From a virus: a stretch of DNA of 64,000 bases. Below are positions 39,354 through 49,600 of this stretch, in pieces. A model generated the notes under the pieces. The model worked only from the letters and a program-made list of their open reading frames with translations, had not been told where the DNA came from and did no database searches. The stretch lies in the IMG/VR virus record IMGVR_UViG_3300014720_002669, one strand, 5' to 3'. A program made the translations under genes and the position numbers. How positions within the stretch are numbered: position 1 is the first letter of the stretch; each line of letters begins with the position of its first letter.

Positions 39354-39821
39354 ATGTCAGAAGAACAAAAACCAGAAAAGAAAGACGAAGATTGGATGCA
39401 GAAGAAATGGCGCCCGGCCATGGGATGGATGTACATGGGTATCTGTACCCTGGACATGGCAGTGTTTCCGGTGCTGTGGTCCGTGTTGCAGATGTTTCAA
39501 AACACCACAATAACACAATGGAGTCCACTCACACTGCAAGGTGCTGGACTGTTCCATATTGCCATGGGCGCTGTGCTGGGTATTGCAGCATTTGGACGCA
39601 CACAAGAAAAACTGGCTGGCACCGCCGTCAACGCACCAGCAGCATCAGGCACGCCATTGCCCACACCGGTAGTGGCCAACAGTTTTGGTTCGGCACCACT
39701 GGGCAGCAACACCATGAGCGCCAGAATTGAACCTACATTTGCACCTGCAGCACCCGCAGCGGTGACCACAGGCTTTGGCGGTAAAAAAGCACCACCCGAA
39801 CCTGACTATCCAGAAATCTAA
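39354..39821 (+). CDS. Putative holin (3TM/GTA-holin-like)
   Basis: KWRPAMGWMY...D...FP; GAVLGIAAFGRTQEK. Confidence 0.7.
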   Translation: MSEEQKPEKKDEDWMQKKWRPAMGWMYMGICTLDMAVFPVLWSVLQMFQNTTITQWSPLTLQGAGLFHIAMGAVLGIAAFGRTQEKLAGTAVNAPAASGTPLPTPVVANSFGSAPLGSNTMSARIEPTFAPAAPAAVTTGFGGKKAPPEPDYPEI

Positions 39822-39832
39822 AAGGAATTATC

Positions 39833-40060
39833 ATGAAAAATCTACTTTACTCATTTACCCCTATCCTAGTAGGCCTCAGCCTGTTATTATTTGCAAACCT
39901 TGGGCATGCAGCCGCTGAAATCAAAGAAGTATGCAAGGACCGAAAAGACAAAGCCGGCAAAGTTGTTGTAGACAAAAAAACCAACAAACCAGTACAAGAA
40001 TGTAAAAAAATCAAAGTCCACAAAAAACTAGAAGGCACCCGAGTACCTGAAAAGAAATAA
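39833..40060 (+). CDS. Small secreted basic protein
   Basis: Signal peptide, two Cys, Lys-rich. Confidence 0.7.
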   Translation: MKNLLYSFTPILVGLSLLLFANLGHAAAEIKEVCKDRKDKAGKVVVDKKTNKPVQECKKIKVHKKLEGTRVPEKK

Positions 40061-40109
40061 TTGACAAGCACCACAGGGTCCTGTATAATTAATCATACAG
40101 GACCTTTTT
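40061..40109 (+). promoter_or_regulatory. Sigma70-like promoter overlapping an intrinsic terminator
   Basis: TTGACA-17-TATAAT; GGTCCTGTAT/ATACAGGACC stem followed by TTTTT. Confidence 0.8.
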
Positions 40110-40110
40110 C

Positions 40111-40899
40111 ATGACTGACTACTATGCTGCACTAGGTGTACCAAAAACTGCCACTGCTGACGAAATCAAACTGGCTTTTCGTCGGCTGGCCGGTACGCAT
40201 CATCCAGACCGAGGTGGCGATACCAAAAAATTTCAAACCATTCAACAAGCCTATGCCACGCTGGGCGACGAACAAAAACGAACAGAGTACGACAACCCCA
40301 GACCACAGTTTTCAGGCTTCTCAGGATTTCACGGTCACCCCGGCGGTGTCAACATCAATGAAATATTTGGCCAAATGTTTGGCCATGGATTTGCACAGCA
40401 AGCTCGACGAAATCATGTGCGTATGACTCTGTGGATTTCGTTGTTGGACGTGGCCACAGGCGGCCGACGCACTGTGAGCCTGGGCACTCAGCAAGGAACC
40501 AGCACAGTGGAAATAGATGTGCCGCAAGGTATCATGGACGGTGACAATGTTCAATACGAAGGCATTGGTCCCGGTGGTGCCGATCTTGTGATCCAATTTC
40601 GAGTGCATCCAAACTCACAGTGGCAACGTCAAGACCTCAATCTCATAACTGAACGAACCATAGGCTTATGGGATTTGATACTGGGTGCCGATCTAGAAAT
40701 GCATACCATAACTGGTCGCACACTGACTGCCAAAATTCCGCCCAAGACACAACCGGGAACCAGTTTGCGACTCAAAGGCCAGGGCCTGACCAATCGCAAT
40801 GGTCAAGTTGGTGATATCTTTGTTCGTATACAAGTTCAAATTCCCGATGCGATTGCACCAGAAATCATCACTGCTATACAAAATAGCCAAAATAAATAA
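40111..40899 (+). CDS. DnaJ-class chaperone (CbpA-like)
   Basis: J-domain HPD and DnaJ_C; no zinc finger. Confidence 0.92.
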   Translation: MTDYYAALGVPKTATADEIKLAFRRLAGTHHPDRGGDTKKFQTIQQAYATLGDEQKRTEYDNPRPQFSGFSGFHGHPGGVNINEIFGQMFGHGFAQQARRNHVRMTLWISLLDVATGGRRTVSLGTQQGTSTVEIDVPQGIMDGDNVQYEGIGPGGADLVIQFRVHPNSQWQRQDLNLITERTIGLWDLILGADLEMHTITGRTLTAKIPPKTQPGTSLRLKGQGLTNRNGQVGDIFVRIQVQIPDAIAPEIITAIQNSQNK

Positions 40900-40905
40900 T
40901 CCAGG

Positions 40906-40934
40906 TTGCTCTGTTTTGTAGATAGCTGTATACT
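40906..40934 (+). promoter_or_regulatory. Sigma70-like promoter
   Basis: TTGCTC-17-TATACT with TG. Confidence 0.55.
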
Positions 40935-40957
40935 AAACATCACACGCAAGGACGTAA

Positions 40958-43207
40958 ATGAATAACCCAGAAATAGAACACATTGTTGAACAAGCAGTAA
41001 AGATTGCTCGAGAGAAAAAACATGAATATGTGTTGACTGAACACCTGTTGTTGGCCATGATTCGTCATCCAGCTCTGCGTCGGACCCTGGACAAGTACGG
41101 AGTAGAGATTACCCGGATGGATCAAGAAGTTGATGCCTATCTCAACGGACTCATGCACCTGGTGAAAGATCACGAAGATCTACAACCAAGAAAAACTCAA
41201 ACCCTGGAACGACTGTTCAATCGAGCCAATGTGCAGGCCATGTTCACTGGACGTAGACAACTGTCTGTGATAGACATTTATCTTTCGATCATGGCTGAAA
41301 CCAACAGTCATGCACACTACTTCTTGTTGAAGTACGGCGTGAAGAAAACAGATTTTGCAGAATTCTATCAGAAAAATTATGCCCAGAATGATGTGCGCAT
41401 GACTGATGTACAGGCCAATGACATCTTGACTGAGTACTGCACCAATCTCACTGAGCAGGCCAAGAATGATCAACTGGAACCCTTAATTGGACGCCAAACA
41501 GAACTGCACGAAATGATCACTGTGATGGCTCGACGCTTCAAAGCCAATGTGCTCATGGTGGGTGATCCTGGTGTGGGCAAGACCTGCATTGTGGATGGAC
41601 TTGCACAGGAAATCATTGCCGGACGTGTGCCCGAGTTTATCAAGAACCACGAAGTATGGGGTTTGGAAATTGGCAGCTTGCTGGCAGGATCCAAGTACCG
41701 CGGTGAGTTTGAAGAAAAGTTCAAGGCTGTGATTGCTGCCTTGGAAACCAAAAAGAAATGTATCCTGTTCATTGACGAAGCACACACCATGAAGGGTGCA
41801 GGATCCGGCTCAAACAGCAGTCTGGACTTTGCCAACATGCTGAAACCTGCAATCACCAAAGGCAACTTGAAAGTGATTGCGTCAACCACCTGGGAAGAAT
41901 ACTACGAGTCATTTGAGAAAGATCGCGCACTCATGCGTAGATTCTATAGACTCAGCATTGACGAGCCCGATACTGATACCACAGAAAAAATTCTAATAGG
42001 ATTGAGTCTTAGACTGGAAAAATTTCACAATGTTGAAATTGACACCGAAGCTATAATGGCCTCTGTGGAACTGGCCAACCGCTACATTCATGACCGTAAG
42101 AATCCTGACAAAGCCATTGACTTGCTGGATGCAAGTTGTGCCCGTGAGCGTGTGAAAGATGAAGGCACTGTTGTGATCACAAAAGAAATGATTCAGGCAC
42201 AAGTGAGTCGTGTGGCAGGTGTGCCTTTGGATCGCTTGCAGAACGAACGATCGGCAAAGATTGTAGATTTGGAAAGCAACATCAAGCAGAAGTTGTATGG
42301 ACAAGATTCGGCAGTGGAGGCTGTGTTGGAACGTGTATACATCAATTTTGCCGGCATTGGCAACGCAAAACGTCCTATCTCAAGTTTCTTGTTTTTGGGC
42401 CCAACTGGTACAGGCAAAACTGAACTGGCCAAACTCTTAAGCGAGCACTTGGAAATGAAACTGTTGCGATACGACATGAGTGAGTATCAGGAAAAGCACA
42501 CAGTCAGTAGTTTGATCGGTGCACCTCCGGGCTACGTGGGCTTTGAAGATGGCAATGTGGGCGGTGGCAAACTGATTTCAGACATCAGCAAAAATCCCTA
42601 TGCCATCATCTTGTTTGATGAAATTGAAAAAGCACATTCAGATGTGACCAACATCCTGTTGCAGATGTTAGACGAAGGACACATTACGTCAGCCAACGGC
42701 AAACGAGTGGATGTGAAAAACTGCATCATTATCATGACCAGTAACTTGGGCGCACAGGCCAATGACGCCAACAACATTGGGTTTGGTAGCTTGGAGAAGT
42801 CAGGCGAAGAAGATCGTGCAATGAAAGACTTCTTCCGCCCAGAACTGCGCAATCGTATTGATCGAATCTGCAAGTTCACCAAATTGGACACACTTGCCAT
42901 CAAGAAAATTGTGTTGAAGTTTGTGGACGAACTCAAAGCCAGTATGACACACAAGAACATTAAATTGTTGTTGAGTGAGCCGGTGATTGACCACTTGGCT
43001 GACAAGGGTTATGACAGCAAAATGGGCGCACGTCCCTTGAGTCGCAAGATTGATGAGCTGATCCGTGTGCCACTCAGCAAGCGGATGCTGTTTGATCGCT
43101 TGGAGAATTGCACAATCACCGCTGTGATGCGGGATGATGCTGTGGAATTTGAAATTGAACAAGACGCTGTGCCTACAATAAATGCCGAAGGAATCATCAT
43201 TGTATAA
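40958..43207 (+). CDS. clpA: ATP-dependent Clp protease ATP-binding subunit ClpA
   Basis: Clp-N domain, GDPGVGKT, GPTGTGKT, LIGAPPGYVG, IGF loop. Confidence 0.93.
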   Translation: MNNPEIEHIVEQAVKIAREKKHEYVLTEHLLLAMIRHPALRRTLDKYGVEITRMDQEVDAYLNGLMHLVKDHEDLQPRKTQTLERLFNRANVQAMFTGRRQLSVIDIYLSIMAETNSHAHYFLLKYGVKKTDFAEFYQKNYAQNDVRMTDVQANDILTEYCTNLTEQAKNDQLEPLIGRQTELHEMITVMARRFKANVLMVGDPGVGKTCIVDGLAQEIIAGRVPEFIKNHEVWGLEIGSLLAGSKYRGEFEEKFKAVIAALETKKKCILFIDEAHTMKGAGSGSNSSLDFANMLKPAITKGNLKVIASTTWEEYYESFEKDRALMRRFYRLSIDEPDTDTTEKILIGLSLRLEKFHNVEIDTEAIMASVELANRYIHDRKNPDKAIDLLDASCARERVKDEGTVVITKEMIQAQVSRVAGVPLDRLQNERSAKIVDLESNIKQKLYGQDSAVEAVLERVYINFAGIGNAKRPISSFLFLGPTGTGKTELAKLLSEHLEMKLLRYDMSEYQEKHTVSSLIGAPPGYVGFEDGNVGGGKLISDISKNPYAIILFDEIEKAHSDVTNILLQMLDEGHITSANGKRVDVKNCIIIMTSNLGAQANDANNIGFGSLEKSGEEDRAMKDFFRPELRNRIDRICKFTKLDTLAIKKIVLKFVDELKASMTHKNIKLLLSEPVIDHLADKGYDSKMGARPLSRKIDELIRVPLSKRMLFDRLENCTITAVMRDDAVEFEIEQDAVPTINAEGIIIV

Positions 43208-43877
43208 AGTCGAAGTTGACCATCGGAGTAGTCTGTATTACCATCAGTACAAATGGTGCATAACCATCAACATCTCTGAGGCGCCTTGTTTGCGACACTT
43301 GGGGAGTGCTCAATTCGAAAGTGCTATTCGTAATGCCAGGCACTGGGCCGAAAAAGATGTATGGACAGATAGGTCATGGACTGTGACCAAAGAAACTGCC
43401 TTGCGCGAAACTCGTGACGTGCTGGTCACCGAAACTCATTCATTCAAAATAGTGGTCAGTTTCAACACAATCAGCATATACACCAACCATCGTAAGTTGG
43501 CCGATCGACTAGTTCAACTAGGTAATGACGGTGTACACATGCACCTGGTACGACAAGCAGTGTTGACCCGGCCAGCAGGGGTGGTGCAACTGCAGGAATC
43601 ACAATATGCTTACAGAACTTATCTTCGAGAACGCAAGTACACCAGAGATCAAAGAGACATGTTGGCCAATTTTTTACATTCTCGTCAAGATACCTTGCGT
43701 GTGAGCCCAGCATTGGATGAATGGGTAAACGGTGCGTTTGTTGGGTATACACGAAATCTCAGTTATTCGAGATCCTACTATTTTGTGGACCATGATCATC
43801 CCAACGAAGGCACCATGCTGAGTTTGGTGATGCCGGGCATTGTAAGAAAGACCATGCCCATTCAAACGACTAAATAA
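43182..43877 (+). CDS. Hypothetical protein
   Basis: 231-aa ORF. Confidence 0.7.
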   Translation: MPKESSLYKVEVDHRSSLYYHQYKWCITINISEAPCLRHLGSAQFESAIRNARHWAEKDVWTDRSWTVTKETALRETRDVLVTETHSFKIVVSFNTISIYTNHRKLADRLVQLGNDGVHMHLVRQAVLTRPAGVVQLQESQYAYRTYLRERKYTRDQRDMLANFLHSRQDTLRVSPALDEWVNGAFVGYTRNLSYSRSYYFVDHDHPNEGTMLSLVMPGIVRKTMPIQTTK

Positions 43878-43883
43878 TACACT

Positions 43884-44048
43884 ATGGCTAAAATACACGA
43901 AGAAGTAGTTGTGATCAAACTATCAAAATTGATCCGAGATACCGATGCTGGTGACGAAATTGCCACCGCTGACATCGTTGCTGCCTTGCAAAGTGTGGCA
44001 GAAGAACTTGCTGGTACAGGTGTTGTTGTAGAAGCGGACAAGGCTTAA
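43884..44048 (+). CDS. 54-aa hypothetical protein (not in the ORF track)
   Basis: MAKIHEEVVVIKLSKL...EELAGTGVVVEADKA; TAAATA 7 nt upstream; TAATG coupling. Confidence 0.75.
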   Translation: MAKIHEEVVVIKLSKLIRDTDAGDEIATADIVAALQSVAEELAGTGVVVEADKA

Positions 44049-44410
44049 TGACCACAAAAACCATTCTTGCTACCACTGTTTATGGCGTGCCCTCGGGCAA
44101 CTATGACGGCAGCAGTCAAGACTGGTCAAGTGATCCTGTCACAGCCGCCAATTATTATCGCGGTCGCGGCGGCGTGCAAACCATTACATTTTCAGTTACT
44201 GAATTCGAAGGTGACATGATTTTGGAAGCCTGCTTGGACGATGATCCTGCTGAAGCCAACTGGTTTGACACATACGTCTACGGTGACGGCAGTACCATTC
44301 CGCTAACTGACTATCATCCTGCCACGGTCACCGGCAATTTTACCTGGATGCGAGTGCGTGTTGAAGCATTTTCAGGTGGCACAATCAATTCAGTCACTAT
44401 TACCTACTAG
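44048..44410 (+). CDS. Probable structural beta-sandwich protein
   Basis: GNFTWMRVRV; in a late operon. Confidence 0.7.
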   Translation: MTTKTILATTVYGVPSGNYDGSSQDWSSDPVTAANYYRGRGGVQTITFSVTEFEGDMILEACLDDDPAEANWFDTYVYGDGSTIPLTDYHPATVTGNFTWMRVRVEAFSGGTINSVTITY

Positions 44411-44418
44411 AGCATCTC

Positions 44419-44853
44419 ATGGACAAAGTAAAAATTGCATTTGACATTGTGTCAACATCGGCTGCATGCCCATTCCACATTGAAATTTGGTTGGATCAAT
44501 CAAAACTGTTGGCACTAGACAATGTGGAAGACTGTGTGCATTTTACCTACGAATTAAGCGACGACGATGGCGAGCACGAGTTAAAGATAGTGCTGCAAGG
44601 CAAATTGCCCGAGCATACCAAAATTGACGAGCAAGGCAATATGATCAGCGATTCTACATTGCAAATATCCAATGTTACCATTGATGAATTAGACATTAAC
44701 AAATTGTTCTTAGAAAAATGCGTGTACACACACAATTTCAATGACAGTCAACCTGACATTAGGGACACATTTCATGGCATTGCAGGCTGCAATGGCACAA
44801 TCAGTTTTGAATTCTCCACACCCGTTTATCTGTGGTTGTTGGAAAACATGTGA
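44419..44853 (+). CDS. Hypothetical protein
   Basis: C-terminal FSTPVYLWLLENM. Confidence 0.75.
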   Translation: MDKVKIAFDIVSTSAACPFHIEIWLDQSKLLALDNVEDCVHFTYELSDDDGEHELKIVLQGKLPEHTKIDEQGNMISDSTLQISNVTIDELDINKLFLEKCVYTHNFNDSQPDIRDTFHGIAGCNGTISFEFSTPVYLWLLENM

Positions 44854-44869
44854 TTGCTAAATACAGTTT

Positions 44870-45604
44870 ATGACAACTGTAGTAATCATGCCCGGCGGGT
44901 TTCATCCTTTTCATGCAGGGCATGCAGCTTTGTATCAGTCAGCTCGGCGTACATTTCCAGATGCAGATGTATATGTGGCTGCTACCAATGACACATCAAC
45001 AAGACCTTTTCCATTTCAAATAAAAGAAAAACTGGCTCAATTGGCCGGAGTTGACCCAGGTCGATTCATGCAGGTCAAAAGCCCTTTTCAAGCCGCAGAA
45101 ATAACAGCACCTTACGATCCCGCCCGTGATCAATTGATATTTGTAAGATCAGAAAAAGACGCAAACAAACCACCACAGGCCGGTGGCGTCAAAAAGAACG
45201 GCGAACCATCATATCTGCAGCCGTTGTTGAGTGCAAAAAAACTAGAACCATTTGCAAAGCATGCTTACATGGCCTATTTGCCCACTGTGGAATTTGGTCC
45301 AGGCATGACTTCGGCTACGGAAATACGTAACGAATGGCCTACGCTAGATGAACAAGGTAAATTGGATCGTGTGATGAGCCTGTATCCCCGAACACAGATC
45401 AATCCCCGGTTGGCTGCCACAGTGGTCCGAATGTTGGACACTGCCATTGGTACAGAAGTCTCTGAAAATCAAGGCTGGGCTGCCACTTACGAAGCAGTGG
45501 GACTCACTGCTGGCACCGGCGTCACAGGAGGCATGCATGCCTCATATCAAACACAATACAATCAACCCACCACAGAAGACTATGTGGAAGAATACCGGTC
45601 GTAA
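44870..45604 (+). CDS. Cytidyltransferase-like (HIGH) nucleotidyltransferase
   Basis: PGGFHPFHAGH, TSATEIR. Confidence 0.8.
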   Translation: MTTVVIMPGGFHPFHAGHAALYQSARRTFPDADVYVAATNDTSTRPFPFQIKEKLAQLAGVDPGRFMQVKSPFQAAEITAPYDPARDQLIFVRSEKDANKPPQAGGVKKNGEPSYLQPLLSAKKLEPFAKHAYMAYLPTVEFGPGMTSATEIRNEWPTLDEQGKLDRVMSLYPRTQINPRLAATVVRMLDTAIGTEVSENQGWAATYEAVGLTAGTGVTGGMHASYQTQYNQPTTEDYVEEYRS

Positions 45605-45663
45605 AAAATACCACACGCTGTTATAATCTTTAAATACTAACATAATTTTTTAACGGAGAACCC

Positions 45664-46605
45664 ATGTCAGACACACCAATTGATCAGCCTCAAGCTGATG
45701 CTACACCTGTCACTGCACCATCCAGCGATCCAGCAACCACCAATCAACAAAATGTGCAAGTCAACATTGACTACTTGCGTACCACTAGAGTACACATTTG
45801 CATGCCCTGCTACGGAGGACAGCTGACTGAAGCTTGTTTTATGAGCTTTGTAAAATGGGCCAACCTGTGCCGTCAGCTGAACATTGACTGGACCGTGGAA
45901 ACCATGACCAACGAGAGTTTGATCAGTCGAGCACGTAACACCTTGACTTCCAAGTTTTTGTACACCAAAGAGTCAACACATTTGATGTTTATTGACGCTG
46001 ACATTGGCTGGGAACCTTGGCATTTGCTGGTGTTGTTGGATGCACAAAAAGACGTGATTGGTGGATTGTATCCCATGAAGAGCCTGCCAGTAAAATGGTG
46101 TGTGAATGGCATTCCTGGACAAGCAGAAGATCCCACTTCCAATCTCATCGAAGTCACAAAAACTGGCACAGGTTTCTTGTTGATCAAACGTGATGTGTTT
46201 GAAAAACTCAATGCACATCCTGCTACCAAGCCTTTCAACAACGACATTGGCTTGCCAGCAGAGCTGAACCCTTTCATGAAAACCTACTTTGACACTGCTG
46301 TGCGTGAAAATCGCTACTATTCAGAAGACTGGACTTTCTGTGAAAACTGGCGTGATATTGGTGGTCAAGTGTTCATTGACAAGCGAATCATGCTGAAACA
46401 CGTGGGCACCTATGTGTTTGACTACAACACACACGAGCAACTGTACAAAGATCTCAAAGTGATGTTTGAACCCCAGACTGCCATCACAGGCGAAGTCAAT
46501 GTGGTGAACAAACCAGCCGAAGCACATGATCTAGCACAGGCACCGGCTCCAGCAGTGGAACCAGAAGTGTTTGCGTCAAGCGAAGAATCAGCTATCGCTC
46601 AGTAA
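45664..46605 (+). CDS. GT-A fold glycosyltransferase
   Basis: SLISRARN, FIDADI, GTGFLLIKR, SEDWTFC, HVG. Confidence 0.85.
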   Translation: MSDTPIDQPQADATPVTAPSSDPATTNQQNVQVNIDYLRTTRVHICMPCYGGQLTEACFMSFVKWANLCRQLNIDWTVETMTNESLISRARNTLTSKFLYTKESTHLMFIDADIGWEPWHLLVLLDAQKDVIGGLYPMKSLPVKWCVNGIPGQAEDPTSNLIEVTKTGTGFLLIKRDVFEKLNAHPATKPFNNDIGLPAELNPFMKTYFDTAVRENRYYSEDWTFCENWRDIGGQVFIDKRIMLKHVGTYVFDYNTHEQLYKDLKVMFEPQTAITGEVNVVNKPAEAHDLAQAPAPAVEPEVFASSEESAIAQ

Positions 46606-46620
46606 CGGTAAATACAGCTT

Positions 46621-49600
46621 ATGAACATTCATGAGCTGGCTACTTACAATCTTGATGATGCTGTAAAGTTTCATCAGCGACTCAATCCTGTACTTTGGGC
46701 AAGAGACGAACATCTCTTGCCTGAAGTGCGCAACAAGTTGTTAAAAATAGCAGCAGACTTCCAAGAATTCCTGGGAGTAGAGGATCTCAAAGTAAAAGAC
46801 ATCACTGTGTCTGGATCCAATGCTGCTTATTCTTACACCAAACAATCCGACATAGATCTACACCTGGTGGTCGAAATGCCCAACGATCCGGTGTATCAAG
46901 AGTTGTTTGCTGCCAAAAAATATCAATACAACACCGAACATGACATCACCATAGGTGGTGCTGACGTTGAACTGTATGTGCAACCAGATGATCAGCCACA
47001 TCACAGTCAAGGCATTTATTCAATCAAGAACTCAGACTGGGTAAAAGTACCACAACGCAAACGCAGTCAAATAGATGACACCTGTGTGTTGGCCAAGGTA
47101 GATGATCTGGCCACCAGAATCAAATCTGCCATTGCCAGCCAGGATAGATCAGTAATGGATTCGTTGTGGAAAAAAATCAAAATCATGCGCCAGAGCGGTT
47201 TGGAAAATCATGGCGAGTTTGGCTGTGAGAATGTTGCATTCAAACTGCTGCGAAACAATGGCAGCATTGGCGCATTGAAGTCAGCTATAACAGCAGCACA
47301 AGATCGTGAACTGAGTTTGCCGCCTAAAAAACGTGTGCGCTATGGATTTTCAGAAGACGTGACTTCCACCCCTGACGGAGTCAGTGCCAGCACCAACATG
47401 TTTTTGAACGAAACACCTGTGAGCAATGTTGTGCAGTCTTTTGTGCAAGATGTAGTGCAACGCCTGGGCATTGAAAACATGCCTGAAGTAGTTTTGCACG
47501 ATGATCCTGACTGGAGCAAACAAAACAACAGCTTTGGTCAATACAATCCTGACACACGAACTTTGCATGTGAGTTTGGTTGATCGCCATCTACTGGACAT
47601 ATTGCGAACAGTGGCACATGAGCTCACTCATTGCCGTCAAAACGAGCTGGATACATTGCCAGATCATGCTGGAGAAACTGGCAGTCGTTGGGAAAATCAA
47701 GCCAATGCTCAAGCAGGCATACTCATGCGTGACTTTGCAGATGCCAATCCTGAGTATTTCAACGAGTCATACACTCAAGCAAAAAGTTTGCAGTCATCCA
47801 TGAAGACCTTTCGTGCCAAAGTACGCATCAAAGATCGATACGGTAGTCCGGCTATTGAAGCACAGGTAGTGGCCAGAAACCATGACATGGCCAGACAAAT
47901 GTTGAGAGCTCAGTACGGTCCTGACAGTGTGATCAGCACAGTGACCGAGCTTAAAGAAAATGCATCGGGCTATATTCCCAAGAACCGACGAGAAGCAGCC
48001 ATGCCTCGGTATGCCATGGCTCTTTCAGTGGATATTAAACCTGGCGAAGTTGGCAGACAAGCCAACAAACTTGCTCTGAAAACTGGACGCAATGGTGAGC
48101 CTGGTTTGCTGCAACCCGATGCACAGAATCTCTTGCGTGAGTTCAGCGAATTTGTGACAGAACAAGATCAGTTGTTTGAAATCACCATGAGTCCTTCAAG
48201 CCTGAAGAAGTTGAGTGCGCAGACTGGTGCCTTGGCCGGCATGGAATTTGAAATGATTGTGCCCGGTACCGGGGATGATGACGGCGATCTAGAACCTGAC
48301 TACGACTTTGATGAACGTTGTCGCAGCATTCAGGATGCCCGTGATTTTTTCTATGACGGTGACTACAACGGTCGTCGAGATATTCAACGCATGAGTGATC
48401 GCATGCAGAATGACTACGCAGAATGGTTGTATGAAAGACTTGACACCGACTTTACCAACAACAGTGAAAATCTCATTAGTGAGTGGATCTCAAACAATGT
48501 GGACGAATCAAAGTGGAATCCTGACGATCTTGAAGGCGAGGCTCGTCAGGAAGCCCTGGCGGAATTTGTCGCCAATGTTGATGCTCGTCCCAGCAGTGAT
48601 TATTATCAACAGGCCCTGGACGAGTATCGTGAAGAAAATCAGGGCAGTTATGACGAAAGCGACTGGTTGGATGCCGAAGATCTAGACCTCATGAGTGGCG
48701 TTGAAAACGCCTACAATATAACCTGGCCACATTGGCGCAGCACAGGTGGCGGTGAAGTCAGCACTGAGGAAGTGGCCGACAGTTTCAGCAACGCAGTGGG
48801 CCGTCCTTGCCGAGCCAGCAGCAGTTATCACTCAAGCCGAGTACCACGACCCAGCAAAACCAATGTGAGTTATATTGTGGAACCTGACAGCAGCCTGGAA
48901 CCAGATGATGCCAATGACTCTGGCCTGGAGTTTGTGAGCCCACCCCTGCCCATTGAAGAACTGCTCAGTGATTTGAACAAAGTTAAAAAGTGGGCTGACA
49001 AGACAGGTTGCTACACCAATGATTCAACTGGCCTGCACATCAATGTGTCAGTACCTGGTTGGTCTGGCGGCTCAGAAGGCCTGGACTATGTGAAACTGGC
49101 AGTGTTGTTAGGTGACGAATATGTGCTGGATGCATTTGGTCGCGCAGGCAACACCTATGCCAAGTCGGCCATGGGCAAGATTCGTTCAATAATCAAACAA
49201 AATCCTGCCAAGGCAGAAGAAATGCTGGAACGCATGAAGTCTGGCATGGATCAACTGGCCAGCCGCGCCATACACTCAGGTGCCACAGAAAAATACACGT
49301 CAATCAACAACAAAAATGGCTACATTGAATTCCGCAGCCCAGGTGGCGACTGGTTGGATGCCAACTTTGATCAAATTGAAAACACCTTGCGACGTTTCAC
49401 AGTGGCTCTAAGTGCTGCTGTTGATCCCCAGGCCTACAGACAAGAGTACCTAAAGAAACTGTATAAACTTCTGGATGTCAAGAGTGAAAAAGATTCCTTG
49501 AGTTATTTTGCACGATATGCCGCAGGCGAATTGCCCCGAGCCGCGCTGAAGAGTTTTGTGCGTCAGGCCCGACTGGAACGTGATATACAACGTGGCAAAA

